Below, piece after piece: positions 34,472 through 45,200 of a stretch of 60,544 nucleotides of DNA; within the stretch, counting starts at the first letter, position 1; each line of letters starts with the position of its first letter. The notes under the pieces are model-generated. The model saw only the letters and a list, made by a program, of their open reading frames with translations. It ran no database searches and had not been told where the DNA came from. The position numbers and the translations under genes are program-made. This DNA comes from a virus. Taxonomy: Duplodnaviria; Caudoviricetes. The DNA lies in the IMG/VR virus record IMGVR_UViG_3300048996_000071, positions 1 through 60,544 of that record. One strand, 5' to 3'.

Positions 34472-35835
34472 TGCCTGGTTTCTCTTCACAGGGTGGTCAC
34501 TTCGCAGTGATGACTCAGGCCACGCCGGACACCTTCCCGGCTGGCTTCGCTACCACGGCGGTTAACTTCCGCACCCGTGGCGGCGCACTCGCCATCAACC
34601 GTGACCTGCTCATTCCCGACCCGGAGATCGGCGGCGGGCGCGACATCGCTGACGCCTACCTGGGTGCGGCCGTCTGGTCCGGCGACATCGAGTTCTACGC
34701 CCGGCTCCGGAGCCTTCCGGTGCTCCTTCGTGCGGCGCTTGGTCTCAACGCTGTCGGTCCGACCGGCGCACAGGAGATCGAGACCCTGACGATCACGGGT
34801 GCACCGACGGGTGGCACGTTCACCCTGACCTACAGCGCCCAGACCACCACCGCGCTGCCGTACAACGCAACGGCGGCCCAGATCCAGGCGGCGCTCCAGG
34901 CGCTGTCGAACATCGGTGACCTGGATGTGATCGTCACCGGTGGCCCCTTCCCGGCCACGGCGGTCGTTGTCTCCTTCGTCGGTGCCCTGAGTGGCACCGT
35001 GACGGGCGCGCCACTGACAGCTACGCCAGCCTTCACCGGCGGCACCACGCCAGCGCTCGGCATTGTCCGTACCCAGACGGGCCTCAGTGCAACCCCGGCG
35101 AGCAACGGCTACCAGCACACCATCAGCCCCAGCGACCTGGCGCAGCTGCCATTCCTGTCGGTGGAGGAGCAGATCGGTGCCGGCCTGGAGGTCTACAGGT
35201 ACACCGACGGCGTTGTCAACACTCTCCACCTGGAGTCTGACGCCAACGGCTATCTGATGGGCACTGTCGGCATGATTGCCCGCAAGCAGACTGCGGGTAC
35301 CACGCCGATGACCGCCGGTCAACTGGCAGCCCAGACTGACGAGTCGGCAATGATCGTCGGCACGAACATCACGATCACCTACAACGGCGTCAGTCTCCCG
35401 GCCAAGTCGTTCAACTTCGACTTCAACAACAACTTCGAAGACGACGACTTCCGACTGGGCAGCTTCAACATCGGCGACCTCACCCCGAAGCGTCGCGAAG
35501 TAACGGTCGGCGTGAGTATCCGAGAGTCGAGCAACGCGATGTGGCGTCAGGCTGCATACGGCGGTTCGGCTCTGGTGACGCCGGGTGGCCTGATCACCAA
35601 GCAGGGTCTCGTGATCACGATGAGCACTTACGAGACGCTCCCTGGCGTCACGTCCCCGCTGACCCCGTTCACGCTCACGCTGAACTTCCCGTCGGCGGCG
35701 CTGACCCCGTACGCCTACGACCCGTCTGGGGACGACGTCATCGAGTCCGATCTGACCTTCCAGATCGTGCGCAACCAGAGCTACCGGCCGCTGGTGTACT
35801 GCTACGTCGTCAACGACGTGGCGACCATCGTGTAA
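34471..35835 (+). CDS. major tail tube protein with an inserted domain
   Basis: Thr/Gly-rich; FNFDFNNN; lies upstream of chaperone and tape measure. Confidence 0.82.
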   Translation: MPGFSSQGGHFAVMTQATPDTFPAGFATTAVNFRTRGGALAINRDLLIPDPEIGGGRDIADAYLGAAVWSGDIEFYARLRSLPVLLRAALGLNAVGPTGAQEIETLTITGAPTGGTFTLTYSAQTTTALPYNATAAQIQAALQALSNIGDLDVIVTGGPFPATAVVVSFVGALSGTVTGAPLTATPAFTGGTTPALGIVRTQTGLSATPASNGYQHTISPSDLAQLPFLSVEEQIGAGLEVYRYTDGVVNTLHLESDANGYLMGTVGMIARKQTAGTTPMTAGQLAAQTDESAMIVGTNITITYNGVSLPAKSFNFDFNNNFEDDDFRLGSFNIGDLTPKRREVTVGVSIRESSNAMWRQAAYGGSALVTPGGLITKQGLVITMSTYETLPGVTSPLTPFTLTLNFPSAALTPYAYDPSGDDVIESDLTFQIVRNQSYRPLVYCYVVNDVATIV

Positions 35836-35956
35836 GCTTCTCGATTCCCGGACCCCCGGATTCGAGATGGGGGCGGCGGCAGGCCGGACTCGCGGCCGGA
35901 CGATATCACCTGCCGTCGCTCCACTAAACAAGAAGGCCTAGAAAGGGCGAACAGGC

Positions 35957-36631
35957 ATGACCATGCCGGACCCGCGGCTCGCGCCGCAGCAGACAGTGCA
36001 GTTCCCGCCGCCGAACTTCCAGGGTGGCGTCCCGGCCCAGGTGCTCGACCCCAGCGCGCCTGGATACGGACAGTTCCAGTCGCCGTACCAGCAGCCACAG
36101 CCCGAACCGACCGGCTTTACCGGCGAGGTCGAGGTCGAGGAGTACGGCGACTACTACGGCTTCTCGCAGGAGCACGTCTACTTCCTGCCCGACGGCAAGC
36201 TGTGGATCAAGTTCAAGGTGTTCACCGAGGGCGACCTCGCCATGTACCACAAGCTCCTCAAGCGGGATGTCGTGGTCGAGAAGACCAGCGGTGACGCTCG
36301 CATCAAGATCGATCAGATCGAGGAGCGTCACGCCCTTCTTCACGTGGCTGTCACCGGCTGGTTCATGATGAAGAAGACCCCAACGAAGGGATGGGTGCAG
36401 CAGCCCTTCAGTAACGGCCGGGGTGGCACCGAGTTCGACAAGTGGATGAACGTGGCGAACCCGGAGATCATCGCCGACCTCGCCGAGGCCGTCCGCAAGG
36501 AGAACCCGTTCCTGCTCGGGACCGGCGCCGACACCATCGAGGCCCTCGACAAGCAGATCGACCAGCTCCAGAAGCAGCGCCAGGAACTGGTGGACCGGCA
36601 GCGGGGGGAAGCCGTCTCCGCGAACAGCTAA
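35957..36631 (+). CDS. tail assembly chaperone (gpG)
   Basis: Synteny; slippery site near the 3' end. Confidence 0.8.
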   Translation: MTMPDPRLAPQQTVQFPPPNFQGGVPAQVLDPSAPGYGQFQSPYQQPQPEPTGFTGEVEVEEYGDYYGFSQEHVYFLPDGKLWIKFKVFTEGDLAMYHKLLKRDVVVEKTSGDARIKIDQIEERHALLHVAVTGWFMMKKTPTKGWVQQPFSNGRGGTEFDKWMNVANPEIIADLAEAVRKENPFLLGTGADTIEALDKQIDQLQKQRQELVDRQRGEAVSANS

Positions 36632-36882
36632 GGGACTACGTACGGGGCCGGGAGATTAGTAGTCCTGTCCCCGTACTAAGGTTGCTAGCTGTCGCGGATG
36701 CGATGGAGTTCCGGCATCTTCCTGTTGCTGGTGGGATTTACGATCAGCACCCTGAGTTCATCGAGGCGATGATGCGCTTACTGTCGGAGCGCGGTATTCA
36801 CGAGCGCGAAAAGCAGAAGGCGCGCGATAACGAGAACAAGCAGGGAACCAGGATGCCCAGTCATCCACGGCGTAAACGGTAG
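36603..36882 (+). CDS. tail assembly chaperone frameshift extension (gpGT, -1 shift at G GGG GAA)
   Basis: GGGGGGAA at 36603-36610; the -1 frame is open to 36882 and encodes LPVAGGIYDQ. Confidence 0.8.
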
Positions 36883-36890
36883 GTGGGGGT

Positions 36891-36931
36891 GACCCCCGTC
36901 GTTTGACATCAAGCGACGGGGGTCGTACTCT
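36891..36931 (+). promoter_or_regulatory. hairpin with embedded promoter upstream of tape measure
   Basis: GACCCCCGTCG..CGACGGGGGTC inverted repeat; TTGACA(36903)-17-TACTCT. Confidence 0.6.
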
Positions 36932-36994
36932 GTGTTGCGTCGGGCACCAGAGGCCCATGGGGACTCACGAAGGTCCACAGAGGGGCTCTAGCCA

Positions 36995-39900
36995 GTGACA
37001 AGTTTTATCAACATCCAGATTCGGATCATGGCGCAGCAGGCGATGCGCCAGATTCAGCAGATGCAGGGCCAGATGAACGGCCTTGGCGGACAGTTCGGCA
37101 GGGCCAACAACTCTGCCCAGGGGTTTCGTAATACGCTCTCGGCCACGTCCCAGCACGTCACTCGGTTCGGTAGCCAGATGCAGTGGACCGGCCGACAGGT
37201 GGAGTATAACTTTACGCTACCAATAGTTGCAGCTGGCGCGGCGGCAATGAAGTTCGCGCTGGAAAACGAAGCTGCAATGGTGCGCGTGGAGAAGGTCTAC
37301 GGCGACGGCACGCAGACTCTCGAAGAGATGCGGCACGAGACCGATGCGCTCGGTCGTGCGTTTGAGCAGCTATCGAATAACTTCGGCGTGAACCGTGCGC
37401 AGGTTATCGCCATTGGTGCCGACTGGGCTGCCGCCGGATCCTCGGGTCTCGCTCTAGCTAAGGCTGTCGAGCAGACCCTGAAGACTATGATCCTCGGCGA
37501 GATGGGCTCGACGGAGGCAACGCGAGCACTCATTGCAATTCAGGCACAGTACACCCTGAGCACGAAAGAGCTTACCGAAACCATCGACATGCTCAACATG
37601 GTGGAGAACCAGACCGCCATTAAGCTGTCTGAACTGGTGGAGGGCTTTTCGCGTGCCGCCGGTACGGCACGTTCCGCTGGCGTCTCAACGCGCGAACTTG
37701 CCGCGATGATGGCTGCCCTCGTGCCAGCTGCCGGTACTGCCGCACAGGCTGGTAATGCACTCAAGACGATCTTCTCGCGGATGCTGGCCCCGACCGAGGA
37801 GGCCAAGGATGTCCTCGGCTTGATGGGCATTAACACCGCCGACATGGGGTGGCAGTCATTGAGCGCTGCTGACCGACTCATGACTCTCGCCAAGGCGTTC
37901 ACCAGCCTCGGCGGCGCTGAGGAGGATCACCTTACCGGTCAGGCGGCAGTGGTCAGCTCGCTGGTTGCCAGCCGATACCAGATCAACAAGTTCGAAGTCC
38001 TCATGCAGGACATGGTCCGGACGCAGGGGCGCTACCAGACCGCGCTGCGTGTGACCGAAGATGAGCAGAAGGTCTTCGACCAGTCGGTTCGAGAGCTGAA
38101 CGCGGTGCTGGATAGCAACCCGCGTAAGCTTGAGATGATCAAGGTGCTGATGCAGAACGCATTGGCAGACGCGATCCAGCCGATGATCCCGGCTATCCTA
38201 AGTCTGGCCAGTTCGGCGGCGGCGTTCTTCCAGAAGCTCAGTGAGCTGAATCCTTCGGTACTGAAGCTCATCACCGTACTCCTACTGCTGATCGCAGTAG
38301 TAGGTCCGTTGCTTCGGTACCTTGGGGCCACGTTCGTACTCCTTGGCTCCCTCGGTCGCGCCTTCGCGTTTGCCTCCACTCCAGTCCTCATGCTGGCTAG
38401 CGCGTTGTGGGTTCTGATCAAGATCCCGGTGCTTGCGTTCCTGTCGGTTGTCAGCAAGGGCGTCATGATGTTCGGCTTCATTGTGAGTCGAGTGTTCCTG
38501 GGCATCGGACTGGCATTCAAGTTGATGTGGCTCGGACTCAAGCTGCTGGCAGCTCTGACCTGGGTCGGCGTCGCGAGCATGATGGGCGCCTGGCGATTCT
38601 TCGTATTCAACATGATGGGCCTGCCCGCCGTACTGTTCGCGCGCGTTAGTGCAATCTTCGTCGCCGGATTCCAGACGCTGCGTGGCATCACGATTCTTGG
38701 CTGGGCCAACATCCGCGCAATCTTCTTGGCAATGACTGCAGCTGTTGGCATCATTCCTACCGCTGTCGCTTCACTGTTCCTGGTGTTGGCTTCTCAGTTT
38801 TGGGCTGGATTCCTTGGCCTGGCAACCATTGCCCAAAGGGCAACGGTTATGCTCAGCGGAGTTCTGTACCGAGGTTGGGCTGCACTTTTCATCGTGGCAA
38901 ACGGAATGTTCTTCACCTTGCGCAACATCTTCGTTGCGGGGTGGGCGTCCGTTCAGGCGGCAACCGCCACGGCCTGGGTCGGACTCAGGGCGCTGTTCGT
39001 CGCGGGCCGGGCAGCACTGCTTGGCATCTGGCTGACGATGCAGACTGTCATGCTGGTGCAGTGGCGGGCGATGTGGGCTGCCATGGTGCTGATCGGTGCG
39101 AACTTCATGTCGAGGATGCGTGGCATTTATGTTGCGTTCCTGATGATGACGCGCACGTTCAGTACATCCGTAATGGCGGCGCTGACGGGTCCGTGGGGTG
39201 CGGCCATTGCTCTTGTGATCCTTCTGGTGGTGATGTTCTGGGACGAGTTGAAGCAGGCCTGGAAGGCTATCGTCGAGGGAACCATCAAGGCGTTCAATGC
39301 GCTGCCACAAGGTGTACAGAACGCTATGCTGAATGTGGTTCGGGTTGTGCGGGCAGCCGTCATGGCAGTCTATAACCTGTTCAGCTGGATGAACCCCTGG
39401 GCGCACCACTCGCCGTCGCTCGTGGAAAATGTCACCTCCGGCGTGGCCGAGATCAAGAATCAGTTCGGTAGCCTCGGGGACATCGGCAGTGTATTCCAGC
39501 AGGCAGGTCTCGATCTCGAAGAGTTCGGGATGCACGTCCGCAAGCTCCAGGCTGCAGCAGACGCGAAGGCGTGGGAAGATCTTCGCAAGCAGTTGCAGTC
39601 CATTGCGCCTGCGGCTATTCCAAGCTTCGACAAGTTGGTATCGATTCTGGGTCCGCTCAAGGACCTACTCGAAGATATCAACGTAGACCTGCGTGCACAG
39701 CAGATGATCGTCGACAGTCTCAAGCCTGGGCTGGACGCGGCTAACTCTGCGTACGACGAGCAGAAGAACATCCTCGACGGGCTCGCGAAGGCTGCCGACG
39801 CCTACCAGAACCAACTTGACGCCGCAAAGCAGAAACTGGAAGACTTTGCCTCTGCGCCCATCGAAGGCATGAAGGCGATGGGTGATGCCATCTTCGCCAA

Positions 39901-42250
39901 TACGATGGAGCAGAAGCGCCTTCAACTGCAGCTCATGCAGATGGAGGATGCGGTTGGGCCACTCGACCAGCTCCAGGGTCGCCTCGATGCCATTAATGGG
40001 CAGATGGAGTTGCTGTCGGGCGAACAGACCAATCTTCGCAATGCCGGGGCGGGCAGCGAGATCCTGTCTCAATACGACGACCAGATCGCTGCACTCGAAG
40101 ACCAGCAGCGAGCCATCAACGAGCAGGTCAAGCCGCTGCAGGATCTGTCCGACGCGATCGATGACCTCGGCCGCAAGGGGCAGATGCTGGATCTTGAAAA
40201 CAGTCTGAAGTTCGATCCCCTGAAGAAGCAGATCGATGATGTTGCCCACTCTATGAAGGAGTTGCCGTTCGAGGAGATCCTTGCCGGGATCACCGAGCAG
40301 CGTGCCGCGGTCGATGACCTGACCCAGAAGTATAACGAGGCGCAGGACGCCGTTGACGCACAGAAGGAAGTCGTCGATCAGCTCGACGCCGCGCGTCAGG
40401 CCCTGCAACTCACGTATGATCTGGAGAAGGCGAAGCTAGACGAACTCACCGACAAGTACCAGCAGGTCGAGGATCGCATTCGGTCCATTGAGCAGGCGTT
40501 CCGTGATCTTGGGCAGGCAGCCCGGGATGCATCCGATGCCTACGTCTCGCCTGGCGTGCAGAACTTCCTGGATGCCGCTGGTGGTAGCTTCCCCGACCCA
40601 GGCGGCAAAGGCGGCATGGGTCGTGAACAGACCGACATCGCGGATCAGTCCAAGTTGATCGACGACTTTACCAAGGAGCTTGCTGACAAGACGAAGAACA
40701 TGTTCGGCATGTTCGACTTCTTGGAGCCGATCAAGAGGGGGTGGAACAAGGCGTGGGGATGGGTTAAGGAAAACATCGGCCCGACGTTCGGCGAGATCGG
40801 CGGAATCTTCGGCGAGAAGATGGCAGGCCTGAACCCATTCAAGGGCGCGAGCAAGTGGGTCGAAGCTGGCAAGGAGATTCTCGGCGATATCGGCGGATTC
40901 TTTTCGGACATCTGGAAGCTCATTGGTCCAGATGTTATGAAGATCTTCAGTGAGACCTGGAAGGCGCTCCAGGATGGATTCAAAACCATCCAGCCCGAGA
41001 TTGCGAAGTTCAAAGATCTCATCGGACCCGCTGGTGAATCGATCAAGACCATCTGGTCGGCACTCGGGCCGATACTTGGCGTCATTCTTGGCCTCCTTGT
41101 TGCGGTTGTCAAGGTGTTGCTTTCGGGATTGGCTGGTCTCGTCGGTCCTCTAATCAAGGGCATTGCGGATGTTATCGCTGGCATCATCCGGGTGATTCGG
41201 GGACTCATCGAGGTAATTGTCGGCATCTTCACGGGCGACAAGGACAAGATCTGGAGCGGCGTCAAGGATATCTTCCTTGGCCTGTGGGATATCATCGTGG
41301 CAGCACTCGAGGGTCTAGCCAGTTCCCTCCTGGGCCTCTTCTGGGGCCTGGTCAATGGCATCGTCGAGGCAGCCATCTGGCTGTGGGACGAGCTGGTTGG
41401 CCACTCGATTATCCCTGACATCGTCAATGGCATCAGCGAGTGGTGGGACAAGCTTGTAGCTTGGACGAAGGCGCCGTTCCTCCTGATCAAGGACATCATC
41501 ATGGCGGTGGTGGATTGGGCGAAGGGCAAGTTCGACGAGTGGATCGAGAAGACCAAGTGGGTCCGCGACAAGATTAGCGAATACATCGGAGCCGTGACCG
41601 ACAGGTTCTGGGACATCGTCACCAATATCAAAGGCGTCTGGGATAACTTCTGGAGCTGGATCGACCGGATCGTTGACAGGCTGAACGGCATGAAGGATCG
41701 GTTCTCGTTCGGCGGTATTTTCGATGGGCTGAAGAACGCCTTCAGGGATGCGATGAACTGGATCGTAGGCAAGTGGAACAACCTGAGTTTCGGAGTCGGA
41801 GACTTCAAGATCGGCACGCCGGACATCGACTTCTTTGCGAGCGGCGGCGTGACCAACGGGGTTGCGGTGGTGGGCGAGGGTCGGTCACAATATCCGGAGT
41901 ACGTCATCCCGACGGACCCGAATTACCGCAAGCGTGCGGTTCAGTTGTTCGCCGATCTTGGTAAGCAGCTTGGTGTTGGCAGTTCGCGCGAGGGTGCACT
42001 GCTTGCCAGCATTGTGGCGGGACAGAAGCACGGCGCCTTCGGCCAGAAGGTTCAGATGCTTGCGTCTGGCGGAATTACTGGTCGTAACTGGAAGTTTCGC
42101 GGAGTTGGTGGTAGCGCCGTAGTCTTCGCGCCAGTCACCAAGCACTCGGAATATCACTTCCATGGCGACCTGTCCTTCCCGAACATCAAGAACGGCGAGG
42201 ACGCAGAGACGTTTGTCAGGAACCTTGAAGCATTGTTGAATGAGGGATAA
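36995..42250 (+). CDS. tape measure protein
   Basis: 1751 aa; TP901-type N-core (AGNALKTIF), hydrophobic and coiled-coil segments, Trp repeats, HSPS and FASGG motifs. Confidence 0.93.
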   Translation: MTSFINIQIRIMAQQAMRQIQQMQGQMNGLGGQFGRANNSAQGFRNTLSATSQHVTRFGSQMQWTGRQVEYNFTLPIVAAGAAAMKFALENEAAMVRVEKVYGDGTQTLEEMRHETDALGRAFEQLSNNFGVNRAQVIAIGADWAAAGSSGLALAKAVEQTLKTMILGEMGSTEATRALIAIQAQYTLSTKELTETIDMLNMVENQTAIKLSELVEGFSRAAGTARSAGVSTRELAAMMAALVPAAGTAAQAGNALKTIFSRMLAPTEEAKDVLGLMGINTADMGWQSLSAADRLMTLAKAFTSLGGAEEDHLTGQAAVVSSLVASRYQINKFEVLMQDMVRTQGRYQTALRVTEDEQKVFDQSVRELNAVLDSNPRKLEMIKVLMQNALADAIQPMIPAILSLASSAAAFFQKLSELNPSVLKLITVLLLLIAVVGPLLRYLGATFVLLGSLGRAFAFASTPVLMLASALWVLIKIPVLAFLSVVSKGVMMFGFIVSRVFLGIGLAFKLMWLGLKLLAALTWVGVASMMGAWRFFVFNMMGLPAVLFARVSAIFVAGFQTLRGITILGWANIRAIFLAMTAAVGIIPTAVASLFLVLASQFWAGFLGLATIAQRATVMLSGVLYRGWAALFIVANGMFFTLRNIFVAGWASVQAATATAWVGLRALFVAGRAALLGIWLTMQTVMLVQWRAMWAAMVLIGANFMSRMRGIYVAFLMMTRTFSTSVMAALTGPWGAAIALVILLVVMFWDELKQAWKAIVEGTIKAFNALPQGVQNAMLNVVRVVRAAVMAVYNLFSWMNPWAHHSPSLVENVTSGVAEIKNQFGSLGDIGSVFQQAGLDLEEFGMHVRKLQAAADAKAWEDLRKQLQSIAPAAIPSFDKLVSILGPLKDLLEDINVDLRAQQMIVDSLKPGLDAANSAYDEQKNILDGLAKAADAYQNQLDAAKQKLEDFASAPIEGMKAMGDAIFANTMEQKRLQLQLMQMEDAVGPLDQLQGRLDAINGQMELLSGEQTNLRNAGAGSEILSQYDDQIAALEDQQRAINEQVKPLQDLSDAIDDLGRKGQMLDLENSLKFDPLKKQIDDVAHSMKELPFEEILAGITEQRAAVDDLTQKYNEAQDAVDAQKEVVDQLDAARQALQLTYDLEKAKLDELTDKYQQVEDRIRSIEQAFRDLGQAARDASDAYVSPGVQNFLDAAGGSFPDPGGKGGMGREQTDIADQSKLIDDFTKELADKTKNMFGMFDFLEPIKRGWNKAWGWVKENIGPTFGEIGGIFGEKMAGLNPFKGASKWVEAGKEILGDIGGFFSDIWKLIGPDVMKIFSETWKALQDGFKTIQPEIAKFKDLIGPAGESIKTIWSALGPILGVILGLLVAVVKVLLSGLAGLVGPLIKGIADVIAGIIRVIRGLIEVIVGIFTGDKDKIWSGVKDIFLGLWDIIVAALEGLASSLLGLFWGLVNGIVEAAIWLWDELVGHSIIPDIVNGISEWWDKLVAWTKAPFLLIKDIIMAVVDWAKGKFDEWIEKTKWVRDKISEYIGAVTDRFWDIVTNIKGVWDNFWSWIDRIVDRLNGMKDRFSFGGIFDGLKNAFRDAMNWIVGKWNNLSFGVGDFKIGTPDIDFFASGGVTNGVAVVGEGRSQYPEYVIPTDPNYRKRAVQLFADLGKQLGVGSSREGALLASIVAGQKHGAFGQKVQMLASGGITGRNWKFRGVGGSAVVFAPVTKHSEYHFHGDLSFPNIKNGEDAETFVRNLEALLNEG

Positions 42251-45200
42251 TGAGTGCAGTAGAACTTCGCGCCTTGGGGACGACTGCAACGTACGCCCCC
42301 GTGATGAAGCGCGCCACTGCTCACCTCTCGACTGGGCAGTCTGTACTGGTTGTTCCGGACATGAACTTGGTTGGTGCCCAGGGAGCTGACGTCTCTGGCA
42401 CCGCCAAGTTTCTGGTGTACGTTTCGACTGACTCTGCTCGAACCGCGTACACCATGTTCGCCTATACGCCAGCCGTCGCACCGATGCTTGCCGCAAAGAG
42501 TGCGATCTGCTCTGTGGCCCGATCGGCCAGTGACAACAGACTCCTCATCGCCTACCAGGGCATCGACAACAGCGTTCGCCTGATCACACTTGCGTGGTCA
42601 GGCACCGCGTACACCGGCGGCACCGAGCAGACGGTTATCGCAGCCAATGCCGTGACGAACCGCATCAGGGCGATCGACGTTGACGACACTGGGCCGAGCA
42701 TCATCAGCCCGGCGGTGGCGGTGTACGAGTCGCTGGCCAGCAGTGGACAGGGTGCTTACGTCAGGGCGTACATTCGTAAGGATGACCAGACGACGTGGAT
42801 CAAAGCCTGGGAAGAGCAGATCTTCACCAGTCAGTTCATCAACGCTGGCAGCGAGGACATCTGTATCGCGTGGGACGCGAGTAATCTTTCGGCGAACGTG
42901 AACCGCCTGGCGATCTACTACACGCGCAACCACACGACGGGCGACCTCGGAGACAAGGTCGTTGAGATCAGTGTGAACGTCAACACTGCGACGACGAACT
43001 CGGCCACGTTGACGGGCACATGGTTCAGCAATCTGAATCAGAACATTGCCGCCGGAACGCGCCGCGGCTGGCTGTTCAGCGAGGCGAGTGGCGTCTGGAT
43101 GTTTGCCACTTCTGTTGGCAGTACGTCGCCGTTCTTCATGGCGGCGCGACTGTATCACAACGTCTTCACCGGCATCATTCAGAACAAGACTGTTCAAAGT
43201 CCGGCCACCCAGGCGCAGCCTACAAGCGTCTTCAATATCGTGCGATCGATCTTCCCGCAGGGTGCGGTGGCCTGCAGCTTCTCCGACGGTCGAGTGATGT
43301 TTACCTACTCGGGTCTCGGCCTCCTGGTCAGCTACACTACGCGGTCCGTCGTTATCAGGTTTTCGACGACGACGACTGTAACCTCCGCACTCTCTATCGA
43401 CACAGCGCCGCGTATCTTTGACCTGGGATACACGTTGGCCGACGGTGTCATCGGAGTATACGGCGGTGACAATAAGCGCCTTTCGGTAGGCGACTTCCAG
43501 TTCAACGTGATGGCGATGTATGGCAACAAGGGCGTGTCCCTGAATGCCATAAACAACGACACCTTTGACCGCACCGTCGCAAACGGCCTTGGCACGTCGA
43601 ACAGTGGCTACGCCTGGAGCGTGATCGGTACCGCCTCGAACTATGCGGTGAACGGCTCGGCTGCTACCATGTCAATGGCTGCGGTCAACACAGCGTATAA
43701 GGCGATAACGACTGCTGGACCAAGTGCTGCCGACAGCTCGCAGTACGTTGACATCACGGTTCCAGTTCTGGCAACTGGCGCCACGATTAACGTTGGCCTT
43801 GTTGCCAGGTACCTGAACGCGAGCAACTTCTACGAGCTGAATATCAACTTCCTCACCACCAACGCGATTCAGCTGACGGTCAACAAGACTGTGGCCGGAG
43901 CGGTTTCGACCGTCGCAGGCCCAACCGCATCCGGCCTGACTCACGTGGCTGGAACGACGTATCGTATCAAGCTTCTGGTGACGGGCAACGCGATTAATGC
44001 CTACATCTGGAGTCCGGGCGGCGTGGAGCCAGCTCCACAGATCGCGACGACGGACGCCTCGCTGTCGTCGGCCGGGCAGCAAGGTTTCAGCTGTAGCCGA
44101 AACACTGGCAACACGAACGGCGTACAGTCGATCACCTTTGACAACTACGCGTACTTCGCGGCACTTCAGTTCATCTCGCGAAGGGCGCGAGCGGTGACCG
44201 AGGATGTTCCGAGTGCGCCTACGGTTGTTGCGCCGATCAACACAGTCGTAGCCAAGAACACACTGGATATGCGCGTCCAGTCCCAGAATATCAACATCTA
44301 CAGTAACGCCCTGGGGAAGGTCGAGGTTCAGCTCGCGGTCGACGCCGGATTCACTACCAGTCTGCGCACCATCACTGAGGCGGACTCTAGCTACGTTTCC
44401 CTTTCGGCAACGACTGGGACGACCCCGCCTATCAGGGTCACGACACTGACAGCGAGTGGAGTAAATGCTCTGTTCGCAGGCACTTGGTACCTGCGTGCGA
44501 GGATGATTGACGATCTGGGTGGCGCGTCATCGTACAGCGCAACGGTCAGCTTCATCGTGTCCCATCCGCCGACCGCTACGCCCACAGCGCCGGCCGCCGG
44601 GTCCAGCCTGATCTACGGAACTGGCGACGTTACATTCAGTTGGAACTTCAGTGACTCGGAGCCGACAGATACTCAGTCTGCCTATCAGGTCATTGTTGCC
44701 CGACTGGACACTGGCGCAATAGTCTGGGATTCTGGCAAGGTTATCTCATCCGCTAAGTCGGCGGTAAACAACTTCGCATCGGGACTGAAGGACATCCCGA
44801 TGCAGTGGACCGTATCATTGTGGGACTCGGGCAACTCGCAGGGTCCGCTCTCTGCGCCGGGCATGTTTACGGTCATGGACCCACCCACCGTGTCCATCAC
44901 GGCGCCCACGGGTGCCAGCACGGTGACCACGGCGCTGCCCACAATCACGTGGAACTTCACCGCTGGTGGCACTCGGACCCAGCGCGGCTATCGTGTACTG
45001 ATTTACGATCGTGACCCGGTTCCGGATGTCGTCGTTGCTGATACTGGCTGGCTGATGGGTGCGGCAGTTTCGTATACCTTCCCCACGCAGGTGCTACAGC
45101 AGAGCGACATCAACGCATTTACCGAGGGCTTCGAAGCAGGCGTCGCGGGTTGGACGGCGACGAACTGCACGATCGCATCGAATGCCGTCAACTTCCACAG

